Part shown: one piece after another, positions 36,599-48,975 of the stretch
Numbering within the stretch: the first letter of the stretch is position 1
Layout of the letters: the number at the start of each line of letters is the position of its first letter
Position numbers and translations under genes: made by a program
The notes under the pieces: generated by a model
What the model was told of the DNA's origin: nothing
Database searches by the model: none
What the model saw: only the letters and a program-made list of their open reading frames with translations
DNA from: Somniosus microcephalus
Lineage: Eukaryota
DNA length: 64,000 bases
Direction of reading: 5' to 3'
NCBI GenBank assembly: GCA_052327205.1
Contig: CM126220.1
Span: forward strand, 48,484,001 to 48,548,000

Positions 36599-36982
36599 CC
36601 TAATAGTATCATAGGTGCTTCCATCTCATTTTGTTCTGTGATCATGTACATATATTTCTTTATACTGGTTTTAGCCTGGGGTTGATGAATAGTTCTAACT
36701 CAACATCATTCCTAATAAGTCTTTCTGACTGTTTGCCATAGTGCAGTGACATGCAGTAACAGTTTACAAATTCCTTTTGTTCCATGATTTTCACCCTACC
36801 TTTAGTCTAATGTGTTTTAGTAGCCATCTTTACATAATTGAAGCATTTTTAAGCCAGTTATTATATGTAAGAAAACATTCTTCCAGGCAATATAATTATA
36901 TATCAGTAGCTTTTCGTTGTACTTATAGTTAAAATTTATAAACTTAAATGTAGGACATTTGTTTAAAATGTATTTACTCAAG

Positions 36983-37152
36983 GAAAGAAAGAAAAAGAAA
37001 GACTTGCATTTCTATAGCACCTTTCATGACCTCAGGACATACCAAAGTGCGTTACAGCCAATGAAGTACTTTTGAAGTATAGTCACTGTTGTAATGTAGG
37101 AAACGAGGCAGCCAATTAGCGCACAGCAAGCTCCCACAAACAGCACTGTGAT
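36983..37152 (-). mobile_element. Deu-type SINE 3' part interrupted by a CR1 insertion
   Basis: Ends CAGCACTGTGAT; the SINE sequence resumes as ACCAGATAATC at 40731. Confidence 0.8.
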
Positions 37153-40100
37153 CAGAGCTGTATGCACAGAGCTTGATGAAGACAGAGTTGGGTGAATCTG
37201 CTAAACAGAGTGGGGACGGGAATTTGGTGAGAGTGGGAAATCGGTGCAGAGAGGGAAGGAGGTGCTGAGTAATTTAAACCAAGCGGCAACAATAAATATA
37301 TAAATAATCAGAGTAATTAATTAGCTCTAAGGGGATACAATTAAAATTAACTAAGTAGAAGAAATCAACATTAAAGGGATCCAAATTGCATTAAATAAAA
37401 ATCTGGTATACATAAATAATTAAAAAATAAATACAAGTAAGGGGATACTAAACTAAAACACACATTTATATATATATATATATATAACAAAAGTAAATAG
37501 ACTTTTAAGCAAAATGATGGGACAGCTGAGGCCCATTGCCTACAATTCCTTTGCCATGTGGGAACTCCAGGACACTTCATATATCCTGGATAACCATGTG
37601 TGCCTCCAGCTGCTCGAACTCAAGTTCAGGGTTTCTGAGCTTGAGGAGCAGCTGGAGTCACTGCAGGACATACGGAAGGCTGAGAATTTCCTGGAGCGCA
37701 CGTTTCAGGAGGTGGTCACCCCACAGCCACAGAGGGGTCAATTTTCAGTGTGCCGTGAGGCGGGCTTTTAGGCGTGCGGGGGGCTAAAATCCTGAATTCG
37801 GGCGTCCCAACACCATCCCGCCCAAAACCCGCCTCCATGTAAGCTTCAAAGGAGGCGGGTACCCGACCCGCCGACCCAAGGCGGGAAGGGATTAGTGCCA
37901 ATTAGCTGCCTGTTAACAGGTGGTTAACAGGCAGTTTTTAGCCTAATCCCTATTTTGTAGGTTGTCGTGTGGGATTTCCGACGGCTCCAAACCACGCCAG
38001 GTTAGAGGAGTCGGGCCGTCGGGTTGAAGGACTTGGAGTGGTCGAGATGTCGATGTTCAGGTGAGTGATGGGTGCATGAGTGCAAAGGTAAGTGTGTTTG
38101 GTGTGTCTAAAGTGTGTGAAGAAGTTTAAATTATCTGTACTTACCTTTACAGCCTTCCTTCCTCTAGGCTTTGGGAGTCCACATTCAGCCGGCACAGAAA
38201 GCAGAATGGCTGCGATCTGTCAAAAGTGACAGCCTGCAGTTTTCAGTGCTGGCGAGATTTCTAACTGAGTCTGCGTAGAAGGACTCAAGTTAGAAGTAAG
38301 ACTGTCAGTGTTTGACAGCTTCAAGCAGCTGTGAAACACTGATATTTCATCTGTCAACACGTCTTGACAGATGAAATTTCAGTCTGTGACGTCACCTGTT
38401 GCCGGGTGGCCCTTAATTGGCCTGCTGAGCCCGCTGGGCAGGCTCAACAAGGTCAATCAAGTGAAAATCGCGTGGATTGGCCGCATCTCGATGGAGGCGG
38501 GACTAAAACCCCGAAAGTTGTAGTCCCGCCTCCTTCCCGACTTCTGAATGAAAATCCAGCCCAGAATGTTCAAATGGATAGTAAGTGGATGGCCATCCGG
38601 CAGGTTAGGAAGAGTCAGGCAGCGCAGCAATCCTCCAGGAGTGTGCCACTCTCAAACTGGTTTTCAGGATGACGACACGTCAGGGGAGTGCAGTCTAGAG
38701 AACATCCACGGCACCATGGGGCAAATGACTGCACAGGGCAGGCACGGCCAAGTGTAGAAATACAGTGGTCATAGGGGATTCGATAGTCAAGGGGATAGGC
38801 AGGTGTTTCTGCAACCGCCGATGTGAGTCTTACATGATGCATTGCCTCCCTGGTGCCAGGGTAAAGGACAAAATTAAACAGTACATTTTGTGGGAGGAAG
38901 GGGAACAGCCAGAAGTCATGGTCCACATTGGAACCAATGACATAGGTAGGAAAAGGGTTGAGGTACTACAGACAGAGTTTCAGGAGCTGGAGAGAAAATT
39001 AAAGAATAGGACCTTTAAGGTAGTAATCTCTGGATTACTCCCAATGCCACATGTTAGTGAGTATAGGAGCAGTAAAATAAGACAGGTTAATGCATGGCTG
39101 GAGAAATAGTGCAGGCAGGAAGGCTTCAGATTCCTGGGGCATTGGGACCAGTTCTGGGGCAGGAGGAACCTGTAGAAAATGGATGGGTTGCACCTCAACA
39201 GGGCTGGGACCAATGTCCTCACAGGAAGGTTAACTAGTTCTGTGGGGGAGGGTTTAAACTAATTTGGCAGGGGAAGGGGCACCGGGATGATGCATTAGAG
39301 AGGAGATACAAGGTGCACAGAGGAATGGGAGAGACAAACATCATTAGAATAAAGAGTAGTTCAGAAATAGGAGGGATCAGATGGGGGGATATGCGAGGTA
39401 GACTAAGATGGGTTTAGAATGCATGGCATAAATGCATGGAGTGTGGTAAATAAGGTTGGTGAGCTGCAGGCACAAGTAGCCACATGGGATTATGATATCG
39501 TGGTAATAACAGAGACAAGGGTGGAATGGACACTTAATATTCCTGACTACAGTGTACTTAGGAAAGGTAGGGAAGAAGAAAGAGGAGGGGGTGGAAATAT
39601 TGATGAATGATACTGTTACAGCACTAGAAAGAGATGATGTACTTGAGGTTCAAGAACAGAATCTATTTGGTTAGAATTAAGGAACAATACAGGAGCTAAT
39701 ATACTGCTGAGTGTGTACTGTAGGCCACCAAATAGTGGGAAGGAGCTAGAGGAGCAAATTGGCAGGCACATTGCAAAAAGATGCAAAAACATTAGAGTAG
39801 TGATAATGGGGGAATTCAATTATCCTAATTTAGACTGGAAAACTAAGAGTGTTAAGGGTAAAAGGGGGGCGGATTTCCTGAAATGTGTACAAGAGAACTT
39901 TCCGGGTCAGTTTCCAGCCCAATGAGGAAGGAAGCAGTGCTGGATCTAGTTCTGAGAATGAATTGAGGCAAGTGAAACATGTCTCAGTGGGAGAGCATTT
40001 GGGAAACAGTGATCACAATATCATTAGGTTAAGAGAAGTAGGAAAAGGACAAGGAAAAATAATGTGAAAATATTCAACTGGAGGAGGACTAATTTCAGTG

Positions 40101-40730
40101 AGTTGAAAGGGATCTGGCCAAGGTGGATTGGAATCAAAGATTGGCAGTAAATGAGCAATGGGAGGCCTTCAAAGAGGGGATAGTTCAGGTACAGAGTAGA
40201 CATGTTCCCACGAAGGGTAAAGGAAGGTCACCAAAGTGAGAGCTCCCTGGATGAATAAAGATAAAGAGATTAAAATGAAGCAGAAGGAGGAGGCTTAAAA
40301 TAAATGCTGGCTTCATAATTCAGTAAAGAACCAAGCTGAAAACAAAAAGTACAGGGGAGAACTGGAAAAGGAGGTAAGAAGGGCAAAGAGATAATAAATT
40401 AGCGGGTAACATAAAAGGAAACCCAAAAGTCTTTATAAACATATAAATAGTAAAAGGATAGTCAAAGGAAGGGTGGGGCTGATTAGGGATCAAAAAGGAA
40501 ATCTTCTTATGGAGGCAGAGGGCATTGCTGAGGTACTTTGGAAGCAGGTTCAATAATAACTTTCCAAAGATAATTGGATAAATATTTGAAAAGGGAAAAT
40601 TTACTGGGTTATGGGGAAAGTGCAGGTGTTTGGAACTAATTGGATAGCTCTTTCCAAGAGCCAGTACAGGCACGAAGGGCCGAATAGTCTCCTTCTGTGC
40701 TGTATCATTCTATGATTCTATGATTCTATG
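37153..40730 (+). mobile_element. CR1 LINE with 5' UTR, ORF1 (zipper + SGNH esterase), APE endonuclease, RT deleted, intact 3' tail
   Basis: LELKFRVSELEEQL; VIGDSIV, CLPGARV, VHIGTNDI, DGLHLN; IVVITET, YCRPP, GNSDHNII; jump to 3' end near 40545; (ATTCTATG)3 at 40707-40730. Confidence 0.9.
37734..38562. mobile_element. Harbinger-like TIR element nested in CR1 ORF1, TSD AGA
   Basis: AGA|GGGGTCAATTTTCA...TGAAAATCCAGCCC|AGA; interrupts ORF1 between TPQPQR and VQMDSKW. Confidence 0.85.
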
Positions 40731-41352
40731 ACCAGATAATCTTCTTTGCTGTTGTCAGAAACGGTCAGTAATGCAAAGAAAATGTTGTGTAGGTTTTTAG
40801 TGTTCAATAAATATTACTCAGCAGATGTTAATACTGTAATATACACAGTATTCTTCAGATGCTTTGCAAAATGAGTTGTTTCGGAGACTGCCTGTTTTCT
40901 AAGTGCATTTGTTATCCAGTAGTAAAATGCCAGTTCTATCCTCATGATTTGATGATTTCCCAACCATTGCTGGAGAGTTCTTGCCCCTGAAAGAAGGAAA
41001 GACAGAATTAGGGTGCACTCAACATTGACCTGCAGTTTGGGTTCCAGCCAGTCAGAACTGTGATTAGATTGAATGGCTCCTGCTTGGCTGAAACTGTAAC
41101 AGGCTTACCCAGGAGAAAGCTGTGTGCATGCCTGGATACAGGGGTGGGCAAATCCTTCTTCCAACAGTTACAAAGTCAAATGGTTAGAATGCAGAGAGGG
41201 GAGTAAGTGAAATTAGTTGAGTTTACAAACGCAGTACAGCAAACCAAATTTGGCATTGTGCTAGATCTACACTTCATGGGCTATCTGTCCAAAGCAGTAT
41301 GAAACTTCCCCCTCCAAGGACTCTCACTCTACTTCACTCCAGAGTCAAGTTG

Positions 41353-41480
41353 AAAGAAAGAAAAAAAGATAGCCTTGCATTTTATAGTGCCTTTCACGAC
41401 CACAGCATGTCCCAAAGTGCTTTACAGCCGATTAGGTACTTTTTTTTTGAAGTGTAGTCACTGTTGTAATGTAGGAAATG
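41353..41480 (-). mobile_element. Deu-type SINE / L2 tail fragment
   Basis: CTTGCATTTTATAGTGCCTTTCACGACC...TTGAAGTGTAGTCACTGTTGTAATGTAGGAAA. Confidence 0.75.
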
Positions 41481-42179
41481 TAGGCTGGGCCCAGGCTTCA
41501 GGTTTACACTGCCAGTTTAACGTAACTGTGATGCAAAAATCACATTGCACCAGCACTGTGCTTGCAGGGTAAATGCAGCCTCAGTTGCTCCATGCTGCTT
41601 TCGTACATCTCCTCGGAGTCAGCTGAAACCAGCATTGGCAGAAATCTGGAACAAGGCTCAGCCCCTGTGTTGGGAGATGCTCCATTGCTTATGATGGGGA
41701 GATTATAACGTAAGATAGGGGTGAGATAAAAGGATGGAACTATGCTGTATGTCAATTTCTGCGTGTTTAATATATTGTAAAGGATTAAATTACAGAGAAT
41801 GTGTTGTTTGGTAGGAAGTATTACATGCTAAGTATGGCTTGATTTAAACTGTTGGGGGAAATGTTATTCAATATCATAAAAATGCTTTGAAAATTATATT
41901 TTATACATATTCATCAAAATTATAAAGAAGTAAATGTCTAGTTCAGCTCACTATCAAAGAATATATTGACCTAAAACAATAAAGGTCACAGAATATTTCA
42001 AACATTTTAAAGGTCATATTTTGAACACTGTTCTCATCCTAATAATCATAATAAAGCATCTTTAGATTTGTGCCAGTTGCACCGAGACAGTGATGAACAG
42101 TGCTGCTACTTTTAATAAGCATCAAGTTTCTGATAGCAATTTTTATCCACGAAGATTAAGCAACAGTGTGTGTAAATGG

Positions 42180-42500
42180 CTCCCCAGATAGTCTGAGGAA
42201 ATTTATCCACCTGAGCCACACAGATCAGGAAGAGCCCAAGTTCGATCTCTGAACTTTGCTGAGTTAGCTGGTCTCAATGGTGGAGATGTTGACAATTTGC
42301 CTTGGTCGCTTGAAAATGGTCCACAGATTTCTCCTTTTGATCACTATCCCATGACGTCTGCTAGAAGTAGACATTGAGTATAGACACAGGATCAGGCTTG
42401 ACTGTACTGCCTCAGCAGTTGAATAACCTGACCACATTTGTTGCTAAATATCACATATAAAAAATGATCACTTGGGCGAGGAACTAACTGGAGGCCACCC
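42180..42500 (+). mobile_element. Ancient AmnSINE2-like SINE (copy 2)
   Basis: CTGAGCCACACAGATCAGGAAG...GTTCGATC...TGCTGAGTTAGCTGGTCTC...CAGGATCAGGCT...AATGATCACTTGGGCGAGG. Confidence 0.55.
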
Positions 42501-44219
42501 ATGAACTCTAGCAAGACGGGAAAAAAATTAAAAGAGCAGAAAACCCCCCAGAACATCATAGAAGAAATGAAGACCATTTTCATTAGGAAAGATCAGTTCA
42601 AATTTTGAATTTAATCCACCATTTAGAAAGAAATTTCCTCTTTTCAGTTTTTGCATTTCTACCAATTATTTATGAACGATGGGGTCCACTTCAAAATGGT
42701 AGATTTTCATGGCTGGAGATGGGTCAATGTTTTGTTTGAACCTCTGTGTACAAATGTTTCATACGCAGCAGAGAATTGTTGCTGGTAGTTAGCAGGGAAT
42801 ATCAAGTGAAGTCTTGTCTCTTATAATCGTTCAATACGTGTGTGAAATGCATGAGTAGTAATTTATTTGCCAGTGTCATATTATAGTAAATGGATGCCTA
42901 TGCTTAGATGTTGCCAATTTAGGTAAAGTAGAAGGGTCACACAGGTGGCGGGGGCTGGGGGGTGGGGCAGGGGGAGGTGGTACTGAGTGGGACTGGCTAC
43001 ATCTGCTATTTTTAATACAGATAACTGCTGATTATAGAAACAGTGAATCACATTTTACATGCATTTTGTCTTTGGTTTTGTGCCATTTTTACATTTTCAA
43101 AATCAATCCTAAGTCTTTTTTTTGTGGTCTTAAAGTTTCAAACTGTGGAAAATCAAAACCTACTTTAATGGACACAACTTGCACCCTTGTGGCAGAGGAA
43201 TGTGGTTGGCGTAATTAAAAAGATTAAACTGCTACTTTCGTACAGATCTGGAGTGCTTTAGCAAGATTTCATTAATGTAATGTGAGCTACAATTTCGCTT
43301 GTGGATTTAAACACTGCCAGCAATTAGAAATGAAACCATCATCTAACTGTTATTTATATAATACAGGTAGAGTATTCAAAGTTAGTGGAAATGGAAAGGA
43401 AAAATAATAGTGCAATAACCATTCGTTAATCATCATATAAAAAATAACCAGTTCTTCATTGATTTGATCACATCAGTTAATTGTTAAGTTTGGTCAAGCA
43501 TAATAATAATATTTCGTATCATGATACATCAATATGAAAATGCAATTTCCACTGTTAGATGTGCTCTTATGATGACTGTATAATAGTTGACGCCAGGGAT
43601 CTTATGTACTACATTAATTGTATTTTGGTCACTGATTATTTTAAAAGGACCACTGTTATAAATCACTAGTTCTTTTTAACAAGGCTTATTTATTTACTGT
43701 ATGATATTTCTCATGGCTGTGTTTTTCATTGCAAAATACAGTTCAAAAACTGAGTACAGTCTAAAAAATAAAATTTATATAAGTGCCCTTCACTGAGAAC
43801 ATTTGCATCACACAAGTGGCCACACTAGCCAATAGCACACACAATTAATACATTAATATAAGTACATCATTTCTGAGTCTCTGCTGATAGAGGTATTTTC
43901 TAAAAATGTAATTGGGGTCCTTTTATCTTCAAAAGTCACAACTAGTTATTATAGAGTGTGATCCAATCTGAACCAACAAACACAAAGGCAGATATTCATA
44001 TCTGTGTGTTAACTGCCTTTAATGTAATGAAAGTGATTTCACTATATTTTCTATACATGTTTACGGTCATGAGCCTCAATCTTTACAATATTTTACAGGC
44101 ATGAGTATTTGACTTAGTTAACCCATTCAATGGCAAATCCCTATTTGTATGGATAGAGATTCAGAACAAAGTGCCAGAGAAAAGGTAAGTCACTCAAAGA
44201 TAGTATTTGAAGTTATTTC

Positions 44220-45928
44220 ATTTCAGTATATACACTTGTGTTTTATTTACAATGAAGCATAATTGATTCATCTCTTTTATACACCAAAGAACTTCCAACC
44301 ACACTTCTATAACAATTTTTCTCTAACAATAAATCATTCTTAATACTCCAAAAACAAGCATTTTTAGGATTGTCCAACAATAAATACTATTGACCAGAAA
44401 GATACTAATAATTAATACAAGCAATTTCTGCACTTTGTTCATGTTGAATAAACAGTTACTTATTGCTTGATACATAATTTAAGAATATTATCCTTTGCCT
44501 TATGATGTAAACACCTGTATTGCTCAAAAGTGGAGACAATTAAAACCTTGATGTTAAGAATCACATGATCAAAATATAATACATATATATAGCTGTAAAT
44601 GGGAATCTGTATAAAACATTTGCTGTATGTGAAACAAAGAACGTCTATGTGCTCTCCATTATTTACATCCACTAATTTTTGCATGTACATATGTTGAGTT
44701 GTCCCATTGTTATGCATCTGGAAATAGGCCTACCAGTTAACATAGTGCACTTTCCCCTAGGTTTTCCAATCTTTTCTATGAACAAAGCAAGTAACATCAT
44801 CCTAAATTGTTTCTGAAGCACAAGACATATGCCTGCATACTGAAGCATATAGTGTCTCCTCAACATCGTTCAAGTTTTAGGGACTCCAATGAATATCTTA
44901 TTGTACTCTGGAACTTATTTGTATTCTCGGCCATAGTCTCGCTAATGGGGTGGGAGGGGGCAAGATAAATGGTGGAACTATTACAATGTTACTGAAATCC
45001 AATGCTTATTTATAGATAAATTGCATTCTTGCTTATGTCCTTGATGTTACCTTTCATAAAAATGTATTTAAACAGGTGTTAGCCATGTGATATTCCTACA
45101 ATTGCTTTTAATCACTCAGTATTGCTAACTATTCCTTTAACAGTGTAGGAAGGTTTGATTCCCTTCCCTCCACATCACTGCTATACACGTAATACCTCTT
45201 CACGTTTGTTTTGCCTTACTTTGGAAATATTAAAGCTATAAATGTAGTAAAATGCTACATTTCTTACATTAAAAAGTGTACATTACTAATCAGTCGGCTT
45301 CATAAACCTTTTGCTTGATACAGTCCACTATAAACCCTGCTGGTAACACTTTGAAATAATTATAAAAGAAATGTAATGGTAACTGCCCAGAGAAATGGTG
45401 GTAAATATTGCCTCCTTTCAGTGATATGTGTAGGCATGCAGGTGCTAGCATGAAGAAATCCTCCTTTGCTCATCACTCCACATCATGCCTCTTCACCTAT
45501 GCCACATGAGTTTACGGCAACAACACAAAATTAAAGCAAGACTGGTTCAACAAGGGGAACTTTCTGATGAATTGTACACATACTGCTGACGATTCTTCTG
45601 TTTGCATGACAATTATCTTGCCGCTTTCGACCCACTTTACAAATGAAACACCTCAGAAACATTAACTGTACAATGCAGAGAAACATCCACCAGATGGAAC
45701 CCTTCACTCTTGTTTTCTGCGAATGACCTATATCAATATCATTCAAATAAATAGAGTAGGGGGGAGGGAGGGAGGGGAAGAATATTTCAACTATACCTCC
45801 TTTTATAAAGTTTTGTCACTTGAAAATTACAGCCAGTTGTGATATTTTTTAAATATTGCTTGAAACAGTGTCCAGCTTCAACAAATGCAAACATTCATGT
45901 ATGTCAGATCAACGGAGAGTTCTTTGAA
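44220..45928 (-). other. tbx5: Probable tbx5 3' UTR (end uncertain)
   Basis: AT-rich, repeat-free stretch after the stop; candidate AATAAA (minus) at 44247-44242, alternative at 43694-43689. Confidence 0.45.
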
Positions 45929-46515
45929 TTAGCTGTTTTCAGTCCATTCGGGCACTATGCCCACTCCATGTACTGAGTGGTATTGATGTGGTGAGAGGGT
46001 TCTTGACATGCCATGTGGATACAAGTAGTCAGCAGGTTGAAGATTGCTTGTAGACTGGATCCCAGCTTGAGGAGCGCACGGCCGGACTATGGGCTGGTGA
46101 GAAACTGAGGGCTGATGCTGAAACATGTTGTGGGTGTCTCCTATCTGTGGAGACGTGTGGTTGGCAACCCCAGAGATGCGGGGCATTAATGGGCCTGACG
46201 TGAAATGTGCTGAGAAGTGTTGGTAGGGCAGTCTGTCCATGGGTTGCATTGCAGTCACTGTGCAGCTGCTGTATGAGGGAACGGTGGCCCAAGTGTTACA
46301 ATTAATGTCATCGAGGCTGGAGCTGGGGTCCGTGCCTGGTGTTGAGCCAGCATACATGCATGCCTGTCGCTGCGCTGAGTCAGTCCTATAAGTGGGAGTA
46401 AGACTTTGCTGCTGGGAGTAACTTGAGGACCTGTAGAATGGGTCATCTTCCGGAGGGGAGCTTTCTATATATGACTTCTTGTATGGATGTTCTGTCGAGT
46501 TGCAGTCTTCTTCTA
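45929..46515 (-). CDS. tbx5: tbx5 last coding exon (C-terminal transactivation region)
   Basis: [13 protein letters not shown]...QRQACMY...[20 protein letters not shown]...[24 protein letters not shown]; stop TAA 45931-45929; acceptor CAG (exon start 46515) or TAG (46512). Confidence 0.97.
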
Positions 46516-46689
46516 CTGCTTACATAAATAAATCAGAGCGGAATAAAATGTCAATTAATGAGCAATCACTGTATGAAACAGCAAGAGATATTATTGAGTT
46601 ATTAGAAACATTGCTTTTGTTAGTCAATAAATGTAATGGAAGTGTCCTTATAAACAGTTTACAAGTAATGTTATGTGTGCATATCTCAA

Positions 46690-47068
46690 GGCCACATGGG
46701 TCTTAGTGACCCATCTCTCTATGGTCGCCTCTGAGTCAGAAGGTCGTGGGTTCAAGTCCCACACCAGAGGCCTGAGCACAGAGTCTAGGCTGACAGTCCA
46801 GTGCAGTATTGAGGGAGTGCTGCACTGTCAGAGGTGGCATCTTTTGGATGAGACATTGAACCGATGCCCGTCTGCCCCTCAGGTGGATGTTAAAGATCCC
46901 ATGTCACTATTTGAAGAAGAGCAGGCTAGTTCTCCCGGGTGTCCTGCCCAATATTTATCCCTCAATCAATATCACTAAAAATTAGATTATCTGGTCATTA
47001 CCACATTGCTGTTTGTGGGACCTTGCTGTGGGTGTGAAAGGTGCTATATAAAGGCAAGTGTTTCTTTC
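46690..47068 (+). mobile_element. Deu-domain tRNA-SINE in the last tbx5 intron (antisense)
   Basis: Homologous to 34862-35305, with an internal deletion before the tail. Confidence 0.85.
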
Positions 47069-47889
47069 ATGGTGCATGTCCGAGCCCATTGCCTCCACAT
47101 GCGCCCCCCTCCCCCACCACCAACACACACACACACAGGTATTTCATTATTTCATCAGCACTGAATAACAAACTCCCTCCCCCCTCTAAATAAAATGCTT
47201 CAGCACTTTAAGGTGTTTGTGTTTCACTAAGCATTCAAACTTTGTTACACAGGCAACACAGATATTCCTGATATAGTAACTCCTTTGCATCTTTGTTAGT
47301 CAGGGGTTCTGCTACTCAAGCTCTCGAGCAACATTTTCCTAAAGACCTATTTTCATAAGATATATCACCACAGAAGATATCTCTTGCCTTCAGCTTCCAT
47401 GCAATGAAGTATTACTAAAATGCACTTAAGAGGAAAAAATGTTGACAAGCCCAGCCTGTGTGAGGTGGAGCACGGATTTGGAAGGTCACATGCTCCTTTC
47501 ACATCACAGCATTCCATCTTGCCACTGTAGTCCCGAGAGTTGTTTATTTTTTGACACTCAAGAGGAGCAGATAACTGGTTATTTAGAGAAGCCACCCACA
47601 GAAGAAACAGTTTAGATCTCTCAGTGGGAACTCTTGAGGCAGATGACCACTTGTCAATTCTTTTTTTCTAATCTGTTGCTTCCTCTATAATAGGATACTG
47701 CGGAGTGCTGCGCTTGCCATGGTTACTAGAACCGGAAAGTAGCTCATTTCTGATTCTAATATGGACTAAAATGTATCTTTTCGCCAGATAAAATGTGTAG
47801 TTGACACTGACATGACACTGACAGGCGATCCACATTGAAATGCGCCGTAGCCACAGAAGTGTTGAAGTAGAGGCTGAGGGATCTCTCAC

Positions 47890-48113
47890 CTTTCCTCTTG
47901 GTGCAGTGATAGAGCGAACTCGGCTCCTGGGGGAGTGAATATGGGTTGGGAGGTAGCAGCTCTTGAGTCGAACTGGAAACCCCATTCTCGCACTGATACT
48001 GGGAGCTCAGGTTGTTTGACACCGGCAGCACTCGCACCTCTCCACTGAACTGATTCGCAGTAGACCCCACACGTTGTCTGACCGTGCTCCTGGGAACCAC
48101 AGGGTATTCTTTA
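47890..48113 (-). CDS. tbx5: tbx5 coding exon 7 (224 nt)
   Basis: [15 protein letters not shown]...[21 protein letters not shown]...YHCTKRK; AG acceptor, GTGAG donor; phases consistent. Confidence 0.97.
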
Positions 48114-48384
48114 CTGTAACCATATTACAAAGTGTAAATTCCTTGAAATTCAAAGGCAAAAAAACCGCAACACTTCCACCGGTGCTTCCGGAGGGTACAC
48201 ACCCAGCGCTTTGTTATAACGTAGTTCAGTAATAAATCTATGTGGCCTAAAGATTTAAATTGCATCTGTAATTTTAAAGGATTTTCGCATTCTCTGAAAA
48301 TCACAATTAAACCATTTTTAAAAAGTCTAAGTGGTTCTGCCTGTTCTTGTGTCCGTTGTTACCCCGATTCTAATTTGCAGGGGC

Positions 48385-48480
48385 TAGGGGGGAAAGTGTG
48401 GGGGAGTGGGACTAACTCTTTCAAAGAGCCGCCACATGCACGATGGGCCGAATGGCCTATTTCCGTGCTGTATGATTCTA
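48385..48480 (+). mobile_element. CR1 3' tail fragment (intronic)
   Basis: CTCTTTCAAAGAGCCG...GATGGGCCGAATGGCCT...GTGCTGTATGATTCTA, like 40640-40715. Confidence 0.75.
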
Positions 48481-48884
48481 ATCGCCTCAGGAAAAGGTCC
48501 TGGTCTTCTTGTTTTCGGCCAGTACAACGAATGACAGCTGGCGAACAAATGTTTGCAATAGGACTATATTTGGACACGGATTCAAAGTGTGCTTAGAAAT
48601 TCTGGGCTACATAATGCTGACTGAAGGCCAAGATTGGCCGCATTTGAGATGTCTATAATAGCAGTTTCATGTAACAATCAGGCTCATAATCCACAGAGTC
48701 TGTGTATAAAGATATTAGATATTATATAAAGATACGATATTGGTACAATTTAACTGGAAAGGGGATTTGACTTTCCAAAATTCAGTCTTAACTGTTAATT
48801 ACGTACACAGTAGAAAACAGTTAAAGTCGGGCTTGCGGCTTAAAGAAAAACACGTGTCTTAATCCATATTTGAATTCCCAGATT

Positions 48885-48975
48885 AAAACTTCAAAAGTAC
48901 GTCATTGGCTGTAAGGCGTTTTGGGACGTCCTTGGATCGTGAAAGGTGCTACATAAATGCACGTCCTTCTTTTTC
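48885..48975 (+). mobile_element. Deu-type SINE / L2 tail fragment (intronic)
   Basis: CTTCAAAAGTAC-TCATTGGCTGTAA...GTGAAAGGTGCTACATAAATGCA. Confidence 0.7.

Noticed and set aside
20801-40730. Intact autonomous retrotransposon or domesticated RT/esterase gene
   Set aside because: All LINE copies have frameshifts, stops, truncations or deletions.
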